Shown here in pieces: positions 49,744-63,300 of a stretch of DNA of 64,000 bases. Numbering within the stretch: position 1 is the stretch's first letter; every line of letters starts with the position of its first letter. Below the pieces are notes generated by a model. It was not told where the DNA came from and searched no databases. It worked only from the letters and a program-made list of their open reading frames with translations. The stretch covers positions 60,636,001 to 60,700,000 of the forward strand of contig CM060734.1 in NCBI GenBank assembly GCA_030704615.1, in the 5' to 3' direction. This stretch comes from Takakia lepidozioides (Eukaryota; Plantae; Bryophyta). Both the position numbers and the translations under genes were made by a program.

Positions 49744-50835
49744 ATGGCGGTGCTCGCCTCGCTTGCTCTCCCCCCCCCCTCCCTCTCTGTCTCTGCGCCA
49801 CACCGCGCTCTTGCGAGCTTGCATCGCTCTAGACTGCGAGGGGTGGACCTGGATCGGTCTGGACGTGTCTTGTATGCGGCTGCTGCGTCTTGTTGTGCAC
49901 CATTCTTTGTTGGTTCGGTAGCCGGATCGCTGTGCAGGGGTGCAGGGCAGAGGCTGGGTGTGAGGCGGGCCGTTCTGGGATTGCAGGAAGTGCAGGAGCT
50001 GCCTGAGAAGCTGCAGGAGATTGTGCGCTTGTTCGAGGCCGTGCCGGATCACAGGGCCAAGTACGAGCAGTTGCTGCACTACGCAAAGCAGCTGAAGCCG
50101 CTGGGGAAGGAGTACCTCACTCCTGAGAACAAGGTGGAAGGGTGTGTGTCTCAAGTCTGGGTGCTGTCGACGCTTGGATCTGACAAGCGCTTCTATTTCG
50201 AGGCTGAGTCTGATTCTTTGCTTACGAAGGGGTTGGCTGCCCTGCTGGTGGAGGGTTTGTCGGGATCGACACCGCAGGAGATCTTGAAGGTGACCCCTGA
50301 TTTCGTTCACATGCTCGGTCTGAAACAGAGCTTGACGCCGTCCCGTAGCAATGGATTCCTGAACATGCTCAAGTTAATGCAAAAGAAGACTTTGCGATTA
50401 TACATGGAGTCTGAAGCATCATCACCGTCAAATGCCCCAACCTACACCAGCAGTGCCACCGGTCCTTTAAGTGAAAGCGTCAAAGATGAGCAGGAGCTAT
50501 CATCGGCTCCTGCGGTTGCTTCCCCTCCTTTGGACAGCCCTGAAGCGGGGACAAAGAAATCCATTATCGAGAAGAAGTTGGCAGAAGCCCTTACGCCTAC
50601 GCAGCTGGAGGTAGACGATGTGTCACATCAGCATGCGGGCCATGCTGGAGTCCATAAAGGTGCCACAGAGACACATTTCAATGTGAAAGTGGTGTCTGAG
50701 AGTTTTGAGGGGAGGACTCTGCTGAAGCGGCATCGACTGGTCTATGACCTGCTACAAGATGAGCTGCAGACGGGCGGTGTGCATGCCCTTTCTCTCATCA
50801 CCAAAACCCCACGTGAGGTCGCGGGCAAGCCTTAA
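49744..50835 (+). CDS. SUFE1: SufE-like protein 1 (transit peptide, SufE domain, C-terminal BolA domain), intronless, 363 aa
   Basis: NKVEGCVSQVWV (catalytic Cys), DSLLTKGLAALL, LTPSRSNGFLNM; BolA motifs DVSHQHAGH...ETHFNVKVVS...KRHRLVYDLL...VHALSL. Confidence 0.97.
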   Translation: MAVLASLALPPPSLSVSAPHRALASLHRSRLRGVDLDRSGRVLYAAAASCCAPFFVGSVAGSLCRGAGQRLGVRRAVLGLQEVQELPEKLQEIVRLFEAVPDHRAKYEQLLHYAKQLKPLGKEYLTPENKVEGCVSQVWVLSTLGSDKRFYFEAESDSLLTKGLAALLVEGLSGSTPQEILKVTPDFVHMLGLKQSLTPSRSNGFLNMLKLMQKKTLRLYMESEASSPSNAPTYTSSATGPLSESVKDEQELSSAPAVASPPLDSPEAGTKKSIIEKKLAEALTPTQLEVDDVSHQHAGHAGVHKGATETHFNVKVVSESFEGRTLLKRHRLVYDLLQDELQTGGVHALSLITKTPREVAGKP

Positions 50836-51292
50836 ATCCACCTTTCGACCAAGTTTACTACAGCACAAATAATGAGGAGAAAGGAGGATAGGAGACGTGC
50901 ATATAAGTTGCAACAGAGCACTACGAACGTTTGCCGAATCTGCTTGCTCTACCCTTTTTTGAAATCGAGGATTCCACTCACCATTTTCCGTCTCTTCCGC
51001 TGTTCTTCCCTTTCCTTCGTTCCCAACGTTTTGATTCGATTAAGAGTGATTAGTTTCATGCCAAACGTTTCACTCCTGCCTTGTATGCATGCAGGCTGGT
51101 TCTGAAATTTTAGAATCAGCACGTCATTGGCATATTACAGCCATGACCAGTCTTGTATTTGAACTAAGGAAGTACAAGCAAAATTTCGAAGATTCATAGC
51201 CATGAAACTACAACACATCAGCTGCTCTCTAGACTGGGCTGTTTGAGCTTCGATCTTAAACTTGAGTGGGTGTAGTAGATGCACCTCTCGCC

Positions 51293-52644
51293 CCGGGCAC
51301 ATGAGCGGTTCGCTGCATCCTAAGCGGCGGCTGGATGTGGTGGGCCGCTGCAGCCTGGGCGGGCCCTGCTTCCAAGGGGGCAGCCCCCGCGGGTGGGCAC
51401 ATGTGCACGGAATTCTACCCCCGGGGGCGGTTGTGGAGGAATAAGAGTTACTAATGAATAAAGGCCCATTTAGTCAATAAAATATGGTGAGCTTGAGAAT
51501 TACCTCCAGGCAAGCTAGGGTTTAAGGATTAGGGTATGGGGTTTTGGTTGGATGGTGCTTTAGGTTGGAGGCTCAGTTAATTTGTGAAGGATTTGTAGGT
51601 GAACATGGAGGATGTTGAACTTGTTATTGTACTTTGTGTTCTCTTCTTGTTCCACGAGGGTCTCCCACATCGTTTCCATCAATCCAAAAAAAAAAGATCA
51701 ACTCTTATACTTCCGAAATTGGACGAATCAAGTCTTTTGTCAAGATCTCTTCCCATTCTTTGGGCAATGTTGGCCTATGAAGAGAGCAAACCTGGGAGGA
51801 CTTGGTGGAAAGAGCTTTGACAATGTACTCATTGGGACATTATAGAGGGAGAGGTATGGCATACAAGTTCCGAGATGAGGGATAGGAAATTCATTCAAGC
51901 GTATCAAATGCCATTTGCAAGTTTTATGTTCTTGGTAGCTTGAACCATGGATCAAGTCACGTGCTCACATGGTTGTAAGGCAACCATTGGAGGTTCGCAA
52001 GATTGTTGGCCTTGTCCTGTATCAATTTGCCCATGGCACAAGTGCAAACCATTCTTCCTCGTATAAATCCAGCACGTTTGCAAGCGCCGCATCAGTCCAC
52101 ATCAAGCCCGATTTTTTCTTTCCTTTTTTCTTCACAATGCCCAAAGCTTAAGTTGGTGGAGGAGCACGTGCCAAAATGGAAGGTGAAAGTATGGAAGGGG
52201 GAGCAGATGTATCAGCAATGGCAAGAGCATAGGGAGAATGAGAATCTTCATCGAGCATTTGCAAAAATGAGCTTGGCAAACTCTCATCACCCATCTTGGG
52301 CACTTCCTCCCAATTGCAACCTTACACTTGTATGTAACAAGCAAAAATTGATCCAAGCTTCTCCTCTTTTTAAGTATAGTGAAAATCCTTTCTAGCCATA
52401 TGACCCTAAACTGCAACCACAGTAAAAAGTCGGCGGTGCAGTAATAATTATTTATTTTACCAGGGTTTTAGGTGAAAACAAGGCCATTAGTTACCGCAGG
52501 TGCTTCCGTGGGGGCGCATCCTTCCCAAGCGGCTCGCCTGCCCCCGCGAGGCCCCACCTCCTTGGCTGCCCCCGTTTCTGCCCCCTAGGCGGCCGCGCCA
52601 GCCTAGGCGGCTCTTTTGGATGCCGATTTGGCTCATGTGCCCGG
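51293..52644 (+). mobile_element. Internally deleted PIF/Harbinger-like DNA transposon
   Basis: 14-bp perfect TIR ccgggcacatgagc / gctcatgtgcccgg with imperfect extension; transposase remnants (RTWWKE.F; PLEVRKIVGLVLYQFAHG). No TWA target-site duplication visible. Confidence 0.65.
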
Positions 52645-53815
52645 CACTTCTGCGCCTCCAGCAAACCCTTCTTCCAGAAACACCCTGGCCTAGAAGAGCG
52701 TTAAGCAGGCAATATTGGGAAACGTGTGCTCACATTTTTCCTGCACAACGAGCTGTGTTCAGGTTTTTCCAGAAACAAAAATTCAGGTCTGACCCTGCCT
52801 GGGGTTTAGTAATGGGAAGTCTTAGCTTTGCCTCCATTTATGCATGATCAAACCTTGGCACTGGTTCCCAGACCTACTGATAGAAGTGGTAGTTTCTTCA
52901 GAGGAATTTCTTGGTTGGTCATCTATTGGCATGCATCCTTTTGAGTTGGAGAAGCATTTATCAGTAGATCAGGGATCATGGGACAAAAGAACCATATCCT
53001 GGTATTGAATTTTCAGAATCTGCATAGTAAGGCAGGTTTTGGCGATTTCTTGTGGTGTGAAGAGGAAGAACGCTTATTTCCGTGTGGGCCTAGGCAATGC
53101 ACCTAGAATGGCTTTTCCCCATATGATGAAACAATGAGGTTTTGTAATGAAGGACATCTCACATTGCATCCCTGCAGGACAGATTCCTATTCCCCTTAGG
53201 CCTCTGTTCAAAGACCGGTTGTCAAGCTGAGAGCATGCAAACTGTCAGACTTATGGAGGGAAATTGGTGAAAAGTCTGTTTATTTTTGTCAAAATCAAGT
53301 ATGCCAATCTGAAGTGGGAAAAGATCATGCTTTTATGACTCTCCCACAAATGTTCCTGCTCTAATAAGATGTCTGCTCGTTTGAAAACATAATGTGAATT
53401 GCTCCAAGGTCAAATCCCTGGGTATCTTTGTCCTTGGACAAGAAAAACATTTCTTCACTATTACAAGGATGCAGCTGTTTGTTGCGCAATGTAATCCTGT
53501 GCAAGCCCAGACAAACATACATTTAACATCAGCCAGTAACAGTACCAAGCTGTGTATCTAAAGACAAGCACAGACAAAACAGAAGGAAAGTCTTCCCAGA
53601 ATTGTAATGCCTTTCTGTTGCACACATAATATGGCTGCATCTGCAAGTCACGAAGAATTGTCAAGAAACTAATCCTCAAATTCACAATCCACTCAACCTC
53701 TCTATTCACAGCTCTGTTTTCCTCTTGGAGATCATCCTTATTACAGTCTCAATACATGCCTGCTTCATGAGTTTGGAGAGGCTACCTTCTTTTGACTGAT
53801 CTTGCTCAAACCCAG

Positions 53816-55822
53816 CTAGTGACACTTTCTGCCAAACCGCTGCGGGAATACGCAGAGAGCGGGCACACCAGCGGAGTGCTATTCAATCCAGTAGCAGAGT
53901 GGTAATGTACCAGTTTTACTCCCATGTTAGTCACATCCCAAGCATGCTTGGGTGGGGAGGGAAAGAGATACCTGGTGAATTCGTTGAGAGCACTCCTTGA
54001 AAGCCTTCACAATGTCCGCACATTGCAATGGATTCTGCCATCAGTGTGAAGACACACCTAACAGCAAGTTGTCAGTCAATGATTCCACACCAGATAGAAT
54101 CACCCAGGCAGGGTCCAGGTCCAATGAAAGTTCATATGGTAAAGTAGTATTACCACCCTTCTGTGAGTGTGGACCAATAACTTAAGTCCACTACAAATTG
54201 CCAACTGCATCAGACAATGCCAACTACCTAGAATACTTTCTAGAAATAGGTCGAGTCTGTAACATTTGACCAAACCAGAAAAGAGAGCCCAAGCTTGGGA
54301 ATCAACCAAGAGAAGTATATTATGCAAACAAGCTCCTGAGAGCACACAGCAGAGGTGGAACTTGCCTCGGCATTCTCATGGTAGCACTGAATGCAAGCGT
54401 CCTTCTCAGATGTACAAGGCACTGGCTGTGACGGAGCCCTGTCCGGCCATAAAGGGCCAAAAACCTCCAATGGCATCAGCACCTCTGTGAAACTTAGACC
54501 ATAATCATCAAATCAGGTCAGCAACTAACTAAGAGTTTCACAGACCATAATACTAGAAGGGTGAGAGGCACACACCGGTACTGTTTTTCTTGAAGCTCCT
54601 CAGCTAGTTGCTTCACTTTGCTGAGCTCCCCTTCCTCTTGCTTTTGCAGCATCTCCCCAACTCTTTCCTGCAGTCATTTACATTGCTGTTTTTCAATCCA
54701 TGGGGTTCTGACTCACCTGAAACTCAGCCCTTCATTGCCATAGAAAATTGTTGAATCAATTATTACACTCCAATTGCTGGGAAAACGTTTTGACTTGAAG
54801 GTTGGCGTTGACATCGCACTGGCAAGCAACATGTGGCTACCCAGCACTCCAAACCATCCACCTCCCAAACCAGATTGACAAATTTGACAGTGATCCGAAG
54901 GCAAGAGAGACAGAGAGGCACCCTGGAGCAGAAGCTGGCCATGGTGGAAATTGAGCAAGAGAAACTCACACTTTCTTCCAAGACCTTGTAAATAGGCACT
55001 AGTTCCTTTCTTGCATCATTGGCATGTCCAAGCCCAGGCAGCGCTGACAGAAACCCAGGAAAAACAGGGTTTAGGGGCTCGTGTCTGCCATCCGCATCTT
55101 TCTCAACCATTTCCATCCCCATCTGTCGCCTTCCAGCGGGTCGCTGGGGCGTCCTTCGCTTTGGCTTTGCAGAGAGTTCTGGATAGTTCTCCTTTGTAAG
55201 TTTGAGCATCAGCTCTGGCGTCACCTGTCCAGGCACGTTCAGGAGGCATCAGGAAAACCCATGTAACCAACATTATCCATGTTGATAGAAACAGAAACTT
55301 GATTTGGGTCCAATGCCACAGCTCCCGGTTTTTCGAGTCTATCCTGAAGACTAAATGTTTCCTCTATACTCACCGCAAGACCGTCACAAAAGAGATTGTC
55401 AAGGGCTTGACTTTCACCCTTCAATCCCTCAAAGGAGGAAAATAGGAACTCCTTTTCGGATGCAAAAGATGGGCACGTTGAACCATACAGTATGTCAAAA
55501 TCTCTAATCAAATCGCTCGAATTTGTACCCTGTTCAACCAACCTTACCCAATAACTCCGTGCGCCATTTCACAGCCACTCAGTGAAAGAGTCGAGGCTTA
55601 TTCGACAACCACAAATCAGGCAATACCTTAACCCCCCAAGAGGAGGATCCAAACATCCACCCTGCCCAAAACGTACCAAATCTGCTGACCATAATCAAGC
55701 TCCAAGTGCACTGCTCGCAAATCTATGATTAAAAAAAAAACCTTGGGTTGAACAGAAAACCCCCAACGAATCCAGTGATCCCAAGCGGGCACACACACCT
55801 GTAGAGAAAAGGAGTCATTCAT
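53816..55822 (-). CDS. MIC19: MICOS subunit MIC19-like coiled-coil/CHCH protein; exons 55822-55799, 55224-54970, 54667-54576, 54438-54366, 54034-53972, last exon ~53839-53816 (uncertain)
   Basis: MNDSFSLQ|VTPELMLKL...IYKVLEES|ERVGEMLQKQEE...EKQYR|APSQPVPCTSEKDACIQCYHENAE|NPLQCADIVKAFKECSQRIHQ: twin CX9C motif after a coiled coil; phases consistent. Confidence 0.8.
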
Positions 55823-58103
55823 GGTGGGCGCAATCTCCCTCTCCCACGATCAGGGGCTCCCGCCTTTCCTCGGCAGTCAGCAATCCAAACCAACACAGCT
55901 CAGCAAATGTGAAGCAAAGACCCAATCGAGCATGCCCGTCACGGATCGTGAGAACGCAGAGCTGCTCACTCCATTCAAACACCCACACTCTCAACGTCCC
56001 ACCATCTCCCTCCCTGTGATATACTGGTTTAGGGTTCTGTGTGTCTACCAACATGATTGTAGGTTCAATTCCACACACACACGAGTTACACATAAAAGCC
56101 GCCAAACAGCACTATAGAATTTGGACTAAAGCAATGCTAACTAGTTCCTCAGATTGGTGCAATATAAGCTGCAAATCTGGTTTTGCATTGTGGAGGTGCT
56201 TCAAGGTTGATTCCAGTGTTGGGGAGGTATGTCATTTTTGTAGATCCGGTCGGTTCAGGGTATACATACACATCTCTGTGTGTGTGTGTGTGTTTCAAAT
56301 TTCCACCTTCTGGATCCGGTTATCAAAATATTCTAGTATGCATATTTCAAAAAGCAGCTGGAGGCCGGGTATGACAGCCTCATATAGAAACTGAGAAGTG
56401 TGGGCTAGAATCTTAAGTGTACTCTCACAGAACATAATGCACACATGCTCACAGTGCAGCCGCTTTGAAGCAAAAATCCTGCAATGGAACCATGGTGGCT
56501 AAGTTCCGAGTATGTGATAACTTTGATCAACATAGTAAGCTTTGGCTTGTCACCAAACCGCGCCTGTCCTATGTATGGTTGGAGAGTCCACCCAAATTTA
56601 TCACTTGAGACAGAGCTCAGTGAGTATGATAGAGGAGGCCGATGTCAGGGTGGTTCACATATTGTTCTCAATGTGGGAGTATGATGATTGTGGGATGTAC
56701 ATTTGAGCAAAATGCAACGAGGAGGGATGCCCAACATGACCAGTTCATTTGTGATTTTAATGCCACACCAAAACTGCAAATGGCCCATGTTGACAGCATC
56801 AGACTGCAGATTGCTATATGCAGCCATGGATATTATGTAACCCAAGCTAGCTCTATAGACTAGGCATCTCCCAGGTAAACAGGACTTGCTCATGTCTGCA
56901 TTGCTCCAGCAGCTGTGTGTTTGGACACAGGACCTCAGATAACTGACCAAAGGGCATGCTCTCCACTAAAAGCTCTCACACGCAGTACTCAGGACAAAAC
57001 TTCACAGAGCAAGTGCAGCTAACCAATTGAAGAATGCATGTCAAATGAAATACGCCCTTTCCAAATCTTAGAGATACAAGGCCAGAATAACTGAAAACTA
57101 GTCGGGAACACAATGGTTTTCTTATTGGAAAGTTGCGAAAATTGACAGACAGAGTTCAATAAGAATTAAGAGAGATCTCCTGGACAAATTTAACCCCCAA
57201 CCAATACCAAGTGCAGCTCCTATTAAGATCCCCTTGAGCCGCTGCCTTATCCACTATCAAACTCCGTCACACCCTCTCAAGATGGCACCCGAGGGTCTAA
57301 AGGGGCAAAACCCCCTTTGAAAAAAAATTCTATTCACAATTCCTGGAACAGTAGCGGCTCACCCAATCCGTTTCACCTCACGCTTACGCGTTCAATCTAG
57401 CTGGCAAGGAGGCACTCTTGCACTTCCGTGTGTTTGAATCCACCACAGCCACCTCTCCCCTATCAAATCAGGCAACTGCATTGAAAAGATATGTTGATAC
57501 AACTTGATCTCTCTTCCCCAGCCACGGAACACTTTGTCAATGCTGGGCCCCAAGGCATGTACCTTCCGAGGTTGTTGAGCAGAGAATGGCGAATCCTCAA
57601 AATTGCTGTCCAATGACTGCATGACTAGTAAGTAATGCTTGACCAGTTACTGAACTAGGCTAAGCACAAGCAGTACTGAGTTATTGGATATAGTTGTCAC
57701 TGTCACTGTGGCTCTCTTATTTTTCAAATAAATCTAGAGTCCTGGACTCCTCAGTCTAGTGAGTATTGTAGACCTTATATTACAGCCACCACCAATCTCC
57801 GGCCTCATACGAAGCTTATCCTATCCTCTCTACTGGTTGCATTCAGCACCCCACCTCTCTTTGGATGGAACCACATAAGACAATCCTGGCCCAAGACAGT
57901 GACTGAGCAAAAGCTCTTGAACAGAGATATTTTTGTTCCGTTGTCATTCCTACTCCATGGCTCAATGTCGACCCCTAATTTACATCACCTCTTTTCCAGC
58001 CCTCAAAACTTTCCACCAACACATCCATAGGGCCATCTTGGTGGAGGCCCACAATACTCCAGTCGCAAATCACCAAACCTGCGACTTGCCCCTCCAGGAA
58101 AGG

Positions 58104-60308
58104 CTACAGACAGCCATCAAGGAAGCCTTGCAACTGACTAATGCCTTCGGCAGAAAAGCTCCTGCGAGCCCTTGGTTTCCAAACTCCCAGACTTGGAGGG
58201 GGGTTGACTGTAAAACAAACAGTGACCACTGTCAAATTGTCACAGGACTCCCGCCGCAATGCCTCAGTGACCAATTCCTTCGAACATCGTTCAGGGTCAT
58301 TGTGCTGCTGTAGCTTTTTGCGGGCAAAATCAACTGCATTCTGGCTGGTAAACACATCCCACAAACCATCACACCCAATGATAAGGAACTCATCCTCATC
58401 AGACAGAACAGCTTGCTGCATTTCTGGTTCTGCGCTTAAAGGCCCTTCTACCCCCTCCTCCTTCAGGCCATCCATGTGCCAATCACCAATCGCACGGGCC
58501 ACTGCTAGCTGTCCATTCAAATAGCCATCATCCACATATCCACCTACTGCCTCAATGCGGATCTTTTCTGATGAACATCCAGGCTTGTGGTCCCTTGACA
58601 TCTCTACCGCCTTCCCCTTCCGGCACAACACTGCTCGGCAGTCGCCAGCATTTGCAACTAGCAGATTCCTGTTCAAAACAGCCAACATATGGTCAAGAAG
58701 AACATCCTGGGTGTAGTTACTCTTTCAGATACAGCAGACTACCAGTAGACTATCATGGCTAGCCTCACTGCAACCCCTCAAAAATAACAGGGAAAGAGCG
58801 TAAATGCAAACCTTCCACAAATAAGCGCAGAGAGGGCAGTGGTGCCAGATGAGAGGTCAGAGTCCCGCAAACACATTTGGGCAAATGCATGATCCAGCCG
58901 TAAGAATGCATTTCTCATGGCATCTTCTACCGCTGTCGGATATGAAACATCCTCGAGTATGAAGTGAAGCAGATGTTCCCGCACATAATAAGCTGCATCC
59001 TTGCCTCCATGCCCATCAAACACCTGCCGTAGAACTCAACTGTCAATCCAACCTAGGTTTCAACTCTTACTTGCAAGCCCCCTCAAAGCAATGGTTGTAA
59101 CTTCACAATTCTATGTTGCAACCAGTACCTCATCGACACAGGAAGAGACAAACCCCCAACTAAAGCTGAGGCGGACTAATTAATGATTAGGGGAACAATT
59201 TCTAAAGCATCACACCTCCTGACTATTGGCATCAACTAATTGGGAAGAGAAGCCGCACTCACCCCATAGAAGGCACCAGGGCTTCCACTGACAATGACAG
59301 AACCAAGATGTTCCTCCAGGTCATCTATGCAAACATGCGCATCTTCCATGCTTCTTCGGGAGCCTATATCTGCCCATCCTCCAGACCGATAAATAGGCAC
59401 AAACTCCAGTTTGACAGTTTCCTCCATTTCAATCACATCATCCTTTGCTTCCAAGGAAACCTGCATTCCAACGTGCAAAAGTATGATACATCTTCACAAA
59501 ACCTCCATTGCAGTTGAAGGCAACCATGGGTATGGTACTTCAACTACCCTACCCATCAAGGAAAACACCTACACCTGCTCACCGAACGTTTTTTTCCTCT
59601 CCCTGCCTCTATCCACCATAAGGAGTGCAGTCTAGACAACCATATAGAAAATAAAAACTGAACTTCCACCTGCAGAAAGGAATCAAAAGCTTGACCATAG
59701 CCTCACCCCAGTACCATTGACCGCAAGAAACAGGTGCATAATGAGCTCCATAATTCTTTTCTTTTGGCCAGTTATCAAAGAGTAGAGTTATTTTCACAAA
59801 CTACTCACTCGCACAACCACGACAAGCAACAATTCGCAAATCATAACAGAACAGAACAGAACAGAGGGAAACCCTGGCAACTGCAGAATATAGCTCTACA
59901 TATATTGCCATGGCGGCATCCAAAGATAAACGCACAGCCGATGCATCACAGTGCACTGGCTTAACCCTCCCTTCAGCAAAGTACAGATGGCTGCGTGGTT
60001 GTGTATATTTCATATCGAAGACATACCGAATCAGAAGGAGAGGCACTGGAAATAAGAGCGAGGCTGGCGCAGCGCTTTACCGTAGCTGCAGGAGAGGCAC
60101 ACGCTTCAACTGTCAAAGGCCGGGGTGGTCGGCCTGTGTTGTCCCTGTCTATCCTATCCATGCCCAACGCAGAACCATCATGCTTGTTGTTATCCACCAC
60201 CCCGCCCTTCTCCTTGAGGCTGCAATCGGTGAGAGGGTCCAAAGGGAGGGGCTTGTAAGCTCCGTCTAAAGCGCTCACAGGCTGCACAATTTCGGTGCCC
60301 GCTGCCAT
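58104..60308 (-). CDS. Protein phosphatase 2C (clade G-like); exons 60308-60027, 59460-59263, 59023-58812, 58668-58104
   Basis: [15 protein letters not shown]|[53 protein letters not shown]; in-frame GT-AG introns. Confidence 0.97.
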
Positions 60309-63300
60309 GACTTCTAATAAGCATGTAGGTCCCTATACTTCCCTCGTTTCTTCTCCAAGCGATCCCTGCCAAAACTCTTGCTTCACCCCTTACTTGTTTC
60401 AGTGCAAATAAGCTCTGATACCCAACCTGTCCCTATTTCCCCACGCCCAGGACTACGAACTCAGCACTGGATAACTGCCACCAGTGAAAACGCGAAAGAG
60501 TTCGATGCCTTCGCCTCGTAATGATTGCTGCAAGCAAGAGCGCAGCAAATCAGGATCTGTTACAGCCTTGCCCAAGCTTGTTCCGAATCCCAAGCAACCT
60601 ACAGTGTCTTGCAGATCACGGAGCTTGACCGGAAAAAAAAATCTCCTCCTAGTGTCTTGGATTACTAACCCAACGGCTTTCGCTTTCTTCCAACTGCTCC
60701 TATCCTCTGTTTCTTGAAAGAGTCCAAACAAGAGCCCTCGCCTTCCCCGGAGTGGCAGATGGAATACAAGATGATGTCGACAGATTCAACGAACGAAGAG
60801 AATCACTCCCTGCCTCAATAGAAACACACAAACCAGCCAAACTCGTACAAACTCAACCCTAGTCCGTCTCCTGATCCAATGCCTTCATAATAAAGCTTGT
60901 CTTTCTCTCCGGCGCTTCCCTCTCCTCTCTTTCGCTATCCACAGCCGCCGCTCTATCGTCCAACACTGCAAAAAGCTCCACAAGACCTCGGATCCCTCGA
61001 GCCTTTCTCTCTCGCGTCGACGCTCGCTATCTCTTCTCCCTCGCTCTCGCTCTAACGACGCTCCTTCCACGGTCCACCGCGTCCCCAATCCCTCCTCCAA
61101 ACCCCGGGTCGCCCGGCCATACCCCGGCCCCACGAACTTTTGACCGGTGACTTGTCATCCCGCGCCGGCCCGGGCGGCAACTCCAGCGGGCGAGTCTCCG
61201 TCCCCGACCAAATCTCGGGTGCTTTCGTGCTGGCTTTCCCGGCGCACCGGGTCACCGTTCGAAAGACGGGGGAAAGCCTCACGTACATATTCACCGTTCA
61301 AAGACTCTCCATCCTCACCTTCGCTTCCCCACCCTCCCCCACATCGACGATCAGCATTAAATAACATTATCCTCAATATTATAGTTCACAGAATCACATA
61401 TCACATCACGACCGCGTTCATCCACAGTGATTTCTCATCTGCACCGACTAGTTACTTGCGTGACTAATGCACCTCCGCCTGGCTGTGTCGAACAACAACC
61501 CAACACGTGTCCAATTCTACTCACTACCGTCCGATGCCACACGATTGAAGAACAGGATTCCAGCAAATCATCCTGTACCCCCAACCTACTCTAATAAGAC
61601 CAGGAGACATTGACAGGCTGTGACAGGTCCACGTGGCGGACAGGACGACCCTGCATTGCGGCGCACTGGATATTCTATCTGCACGAGTCGAACTCCGCCA
61701 CGTGCGCAGTTCGCATGCCCCAACTCTTCGGAGCCGCCTGGCCTGGAACCCTTTTCATACTGCAACAATATGTACCCACCTACTTAGACACCTACCTGCC
61801 AACTGGTAGGTACCTACCCTGAAGGTAGGTACGTGGAGCGTATGTATACCAGAACTTCCATTATCATTATTTGCTTACCTATAAAAGCCCGTTATTTTCC
61901 ATATTTAAATCCGTGCTGGAATTGTGATAGTAGTAGCTACTAAGTAGTAGCTACTAGTGCCCAAAGACGGGAATGAATGAAATAATTTGAGTGGACGACG
62001 AGGCAACGTGGCGTATGCAGCATATTGATTGATTAATTAAAGGAAGGTAAGTTAAGGGGAGCAGTGATTGGCAGGCCCACCAAAGGAGGGCATGAACCCT
62101 AGATCTGTGTCGGGCTGCGCTCCGTTGACTCAAATAATGGGGACTCGACTCGATGCGCGGCCTAAAATACGCTCCGGCTAGTTATTCCATTTATCCCATA
62201 ATCGTAGCACTCATTCCCAGCTTTTACTCCTTAGTCCTCCGTAAAAGTGGATGACTAGTCACATTTCATCCATCTTGCCAGCAAGGCGCCAACGGAGACG
62301 TCAGATCCGAGGCGAATGGATGGATGACTCCCGATTCGGTCGGCCCCGTATTGCTGATGGATGGATGGTATTCGTCCACTATCAGTGGTGCACGAATCGG
62401 AGAATGATGGATGAAAGGTGGATGGATTGAAACCACAAACAAAGCGGCGCCATTGGTGCAAACTTATTACCCTCACCCAGATACTATTATACTTATATTA
62501 TCTGTATACATTATATATATATGGCAAAACTAATTAAACTAAATATTAGGGTGGCCCCACGAGAACTTAAAAGGTTCCAGAGCCGTGCGATGGCGGCGAC
62601 CGCTGGCGACGCTTCCAAGGCAGGGAGACCTCCGCCCGGGAACTTTCCCGGTTGACCCGGAAGGCTCTTGAGGCCTCTCGTAAAGGGGCGTTGGTTGGTT
62701 GCGAGAGCAGGAGAGCAGTGCGAGCAGGTGAGAGCTTTGTGAAGTTGCTCGCGCTCACACGCCAAGCATTGCTTTCAAAGAGCTACAATGCTGGTCGTTG
62801 TGTTACTGTGATCCGGCCATAAGGAATGTATAAGCATACAGAGAGGTGTCACACGATATGCCATGCCTGAGGAATCTCAACAGTGACTCGTGAGCTGAGA
62901 AATGATCAGTTGTGGTGCGCATGGATGGCAGCTATTCTTGCAAGCAGGCTGGCCTGAAACCAGGATCCCACTGTGCTTGTTTCAGGCCTACAAGTTTGCT
63001 TAAGAGTAGCCGAAAGGAACAGAAATACCTTTGCTTGTAATGGTGAGAAATTGACCACTGGAGCCTCTGAAAAGGCTCAAGCTCTGCGGATGAGGCACGA
63101 ATTGACTGAGACATAAGCTGACTCCTGTGCGCCCTCGCGCTGCAGTAACCACCACTGTTGGTTGTGATGCACTGACCCCATCTACCTCTTTTCCCCATTT
63201 AGAAAGGCCATGGTTCAGGAGAATCTCTCCATTTTGCCTACTTTTTTTTCCCAAACTATTGCACCATGTGCAGAAGTCACTTGATTGGCATTACATTATC

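Noticed and set aside
49594-50310. 238-aa ORF antisense to SUFE1, and similar antisense ORFs over PP2C and PPR
   Set aside because: Shadow ORFs of GC-rich coding sequence.
62255-62430. Possible miRNA hairpin from catcc/ggatg-rich arms
   Set aside because: Pairing is limited to about 15 of 19 low-complexity bases.
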